Shown here piece by piece: positions 60,428 to 64,000 of a stretch of 64,000 nucleotides of DNA; position 1 is the first letter of the stretch, and every line of letters begins with the position of its first letter. Below the pieces are notes generated by a model that saw only the letters and a list, made by a program, of their open reading frames with translations, made no database searches and was not told where the DNA came from. Source of the stretch: Minutocellus sp. GHC0000111 (taxonomy: Eukaryota); assembly GCA_977018835.1 (NCBI GenBank), contig OZ361257.1, positions 1,550,001 through 1,614,000 of the forward strand. The letters are read 5' to 3'. The position numbers and the translations under genes are program-made.

Positions 60428-62782
60428 TTGGCCTCTCCAAACAAATGTTTGCACAGCAATGTAAAGTGCAGCAGTTCTTTATTGCGCCGTTCTTGGGCCG
60501 CTGGCACACCACACACTTATACATGCCAATATCAGCATCGTGCCATTACAACCACAACTGGTGTTTCTTTCGCAGCAGCCACACAATCGCAAGGTGGTGG
60601 TCTCATGGACCCAACAAAAGAAATCGAACGAGTTGCTGGTATCAAGTTTAAAAGAGACGGCGTGCTCATTGACCCCGAAAAGGAAGTGGATCGGCTCGTT
60701 GGGATTCTCGATGTCCTACCATCGAAGTTGCTGCATCCGCCATCTCTCATTGCCAACCAAATCATCGCACTGCTGATGCACCTGGCCACCCACCCACGAA
60801 AAGACAGCGGCCACCTGGCTTCATCTATAATGGATGCGATGCGTGCCAATCAATCTTCAGGCGTGCCACTATCTTTGCAGATATATCATTTGGCAATCGA
60901 ATGCTGGATCAAAAGTGAAGTGGACGATGGAATCGGCCCAGCTTATAGTTTGCTGTTGGAGCTTCTTCTCGACGAGAACCAAAGCAGGGAGTTAATGCAT
61001 CTTGGGATGGATCCAAAAGATATTGATCGCGTCAATAGCAGCTTCGCCCTTGTTGTTCACAATCTTCTTACAAACGTGGATATTCACGGCGAGACGGAGA
61101 AGGAATATTTGGAAAATGCAATGACGCTTATTGAGCACATCCGGCAACTTTACAACGACACGAATTGTGGATTGGTGCCGAATATCACCTCAACAAATGC
61201 CATCTTGAATGTGCTCAGCCATGTTGGAGACGAAACTTCTGCCGAACAAGCCTTGCAGTTGCTGTCGGACGTTGTTCAGCTGCACTCGAATGATTCGACT
61301 GGAAACATTGAGCCAAATACAACGTCATTTGCAATTGTTATCCATCATCTTGCAAAGATTGGAAATGTCAGGGGAGCTGAAGACCTGCTCAATTGGATGC
61401 TACAGTTGCACAGCGAGGGAACAATTTCCGCAAAGCCTGACATATTTTGTTACAACTCGATTTTGGATGGGCTGAGTAAAAGCAACAAACCTAATGCTCC
61501 CCAAGATGCAGAAAATATGCTCAAAAAGATGGAAAGCATTGGTGGTGTTTTGAGCCCTGATACTGTGAGCTATACTTCTTGCATCCATGCGTATGCCCGC
61601 AGAAAGTTGCCAAAGAGAGCTGAGTACATCTTGAGACGCATGATTTGGGCATATGAGGATGGCAACGAACGCGTCAAGCCTGATGTAACGTCCTTTGGTG
61701 CTGTCGCAAATGCTTGGGCACTGGCAGGCGGTCAGAAGGGCGTCGAAAAGGTGGAAGCTTTGGTTGCATGGCAGGAAAAATTGTATCGTGAAGGATCTGA
61801 ACCGGCGATGGCGCCCAACGTTGTTGTTTATAATGCTCTTGCGAATGCTTGGGCTCATGCGAAAACGAAGGTCTCTGGAGACAATGCATTTCGTATTTTG
61901 AAGAGAATGAGAGCGCAAGGTATCGAGCCTAATACAAGAACGATCAACACGATATTGACAGCCATTGCGAGAAGTAATGATGGAAAGCGCGCTGTGATTA
62001 AGGCAGAAAATATTATGAAAGATGCACAGAGCGGGACGCTATCGGCCCCACTGGATATAATCTCGTTCAATGCATATCTGGACTGCTTGGCCCGAAATAG
62101 TGCACCGGATGGATGTCAGAGAGTGACAAAAACATTTGCCCTGATGAAAGAGATCGGTGTGATGCCAACCAGAATTACATTCAATACAGCAATGAACTTA
62201 TTGGCGAAAAGCAAAGATGAAGGTAGCGGCAGAATGGTTCTTCGTATCTTGAAGACGATGGAGACTTCAGATGACCCCAGTATCCATCCCAACGAACGAA
62301 GTTACTCAGCTTGCATCAACGCTGTGGCGAGAAGTTCTGATCCTGATCGAGCCAAGGTGGCACATGAAATATACCAGCGATTGGAAAAGCCCACCACCCA
62401 AGCCATCAATGGAGTACTAAGTGCATGCTCTTTCCTCCCAAAGGACAAGCAACAAAATGGGGTGAGTATTGCAATCAAACTGATTGATGAGTTGAAGCAA
62501 AGAAGTGACATTTACCCTGATCACATCACTTTCTCGACGATGTTTAAAGTCATCGGTACAAGCATGCCGCGGAGTAAGGCGAGAAAAGAAATCGCTCGAT
62601 CTATTTTCCATGAATGCTGCAAAGAGGGGCTTCTGAGTGAACTTGTGATTCGAAATATGAAGAAGTCAGTAACCCAATCTGTTTTTCGAGAATTGGTTCC
62701 TCCTACAAACGATGGGAGTGATGACATTCCAAGCGAGTGGAGGCGGAATGTGAAGAGTGGAAACAGTCGGACGCAGCAGTAA
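60428..62782 (+). CDS. Pentatricopeptide repeat (PPR) protein, probably mitochondrial
   Basis: Repeated PD...YN.IL..., PDTVSYTSCIHAYA and PNVVVYNALANAWA; diatom-type C-terminus IPSEWRRNV. The true ATG is probably near 60390 across a frameshift. Confidence 0.92.
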   Translation: MASPNKCLHSNVKCSSSLLRRSWAAGTPHTYTCQYQHRAITTTTGVSFAAATQSQGGGLMDPTKEIERVAGIKFKRDGVLIDPEKEVDRLVGILDVLPSKLLHPPSLIANQIIALLMHLATHPRKDSGHLASSIMDAMRANQSSGVPLSLQIYHLAIECWIKSEVDDGIGPAYSLLLELLLDENQSRELMHLGMDPKDIDRVNSSFALVVHNLLTNVDIHGETEKEYLENAMTLIEHIRQLYNDTNCGLVPNITSTNAILNVLSHVGDETSAEQALQLLSDVVQLHSNDSTGNIEPNTTSFAIVIHHLAKIGNVRGAEDLLNWMLQLHSEGTISAKPDIFCYNSILDGLSKSNKPNAPQDAENMLKKMESIGGVLSPDTVSYTSCIHAYARRKLPKRAEYILRRMIWAYEDGNERVKPDVTSFGAVANAWALAGGQKGVEKVEALVAWQEKLYREGSEPAMAPNVVVYNALANAWAHAKTKVSGDNAFRILKRMRAQGIEPNTRTINTILTAIARSNDGKRAVIKAENIMKDAQSGTLSAPLDIISFNAYLDCLARNSAPDGCQRVTKTFALMKEIGVMPTRITFNTAMNLLAKSKDEGSGRMVLRILKTMETSDDPSIHPNERSYSACINAVARSSDPDRAKVAHEIYQRLEKPTTQAINGVLSACSFLPKDKQQNGVSIAIKLIDELKQRSDIYPDHITFSTMFKVIGTSMPRSKARKEIARSIFHECCKEGLLSELVIRNMKKSVTQSVFRELVPPTNDGSDDIPSEWRRNVKSGNSRTQQ

Positions 62783-62917
62783 TTGAGTATTATACAATAA
62801 TGCTATTATTTGGTATTGGTATTTGAGACGGTAGCCAGCAGCTTAATTACATATTTTTTGCCAAGTAAGAAATAGTCTCGGCATGTACCATGGTATGTGT
62901 CCATGCATTTTTCACAA

Positions 62918-64000
62918 CTATTTGGCGCTACCCAGAGAGGGAATTTCGCGCGCAATCCGTCTGACCAAAGTAATGTTGGAGAAAATGATGCGAAAGCCTT
63001 CCATCAGATTCGTCCCATCACCTCTATAAGGATCAGAAATCTCTCCCCCTTCGCCATGCTTGATTTCCCGAAGAGTACTTGTACCCTCCTCGATAGCGTC
63101 TCTTGCATGGTCGATAAAGCTCCATATGCCATGTTCAATCGCCTTGTTGCTCTGGTTCAGTGTCTGGTGGACACTCTCGGAGGCACGATTGGCAAAGGCG
63201 TTGAGATCCGAAGCAAACTGTTTGCTTGCCTTGCTCCAGCAATTGCGTTTGGCCTCCCAGAACTTGTTAAAGCTTGAAAATGTTTGCGAGGTGCCGCCCG
63301 CAGCATTGCGAGGTCTAGTAGTAGAGAAAAAAGATGAAGATGAGAATAAGGTTCCGGTCGAGTTGTTGCCATCATGATCTCCATCGTCGTCACTTGCAAA
63401 GGACCAAAACGCTTCTTCGAATTTGCGTGAAAAGCTCTTGAAGCGCTTTCGGATTCTGGAAGATGAATTTTGTAGATTGTCTCTCATCTCGCTGCCACAG
63501 CTACCAAGAGACACTGATGCCTTCGCCTTGATGTAGCAAAGTGAATGGAGTGGCTTCCTCCTCCTTATCGCGATCGCCAAACAGAGGAGGAGCATTTGTT
63601 TGTGCAACACCAGTACGAGTTGCCACATTTGCGTTACGACCTTCCACCTTCTTTAGTTGGCGTAATTCAGCTAGTTCGGCCTCGAGCCGTAGAGCCGATC
63701 TGCGCCACGTGGATGCCAGGACCGTAACTCCCATGAAAAAAACGGCGAAGCTAACGAGCACGATGGTATCACGCTTTCTGTTATGCTTCTGCTGATTGGT
63801 GCTGGAAGCTTGGCGAAACGTCGTTGCATTGACCACACCAACACCTCGGATACTGCGGATGTTGCTAGGGATGGTATCGGGGATGGAAAGATCATCGTTC
63901 TCGCCTGTGACACTGCCAGTCGAAGCTGGATTCGGTCCAGGAAGAAGAAGCCCGTCGATGGCATCATCTTCATCATCGGCGTCAGGACCTAGACTGCTCA
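62918..64000 (-). CDS. Single-TM coiled-coil hypothetical protein, begins beyond the right edge; frameshift at ~63540
   Basis: The frame is open from the window end through TM IVLVSFAVFFMGVTVLA, then continues in the 62918..63628 frame (CYIKAKASVSLGSCG). Confidence 0.6.

Noticed and set aside
8115..64000. Many host-gene frameshifts as programmed frameshifting or mass pseudogenisation
   Set aside because: Most are single-base shifts, often in homopolymers, in otherwise conserved genes, consistent with long-read consensus errors.

Overview
Gene-dense eukaryotic DNA, most likely from a diatom. Evidence: short introns, plastid 'AF'-type presequences and PT/PS-rich surface proteins. An IFT70 gene points to a centric lineage, which has flagellated sperm. 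About 20 host genes are present, including an eIF4E, a CEPT fragment, a subtilisin, ISN1, an ENaC/PAC-like channel, IFT70, a BAR-PH protein, CNOT9, a ricin-lectin protein and a PPR protein. Many carry single-base frameshifts typical of an unpolished long-read assembly. The main feature is a ~17 kb Helitron2/Helentron-type element at ~11.7-28.9 kb. It contains a degenerate Rep-helicase gene and several cargo genes, one of which is a spliced ~1770 aa protein with a DGQHR (ParB/DndB-like) motif. Six copies of a 36-bp palindrome, TTCY-N4-GAATAC-N6-GTATTC-N4-RGAA, lie in the element's introns, one per intron, and I saw none in host DNA. The element is a mosaic of CpG-rich intact blocks, which hold the five near-intact palindromes, and CpG/TpA-eroded blocks, which hold none or one mutated copy. 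One hypothesis is an element-encoded protein plus operator system, such as an anti-silencing or parS-like module. A 760-bp MITE lies at 46.07-46.83 kb.
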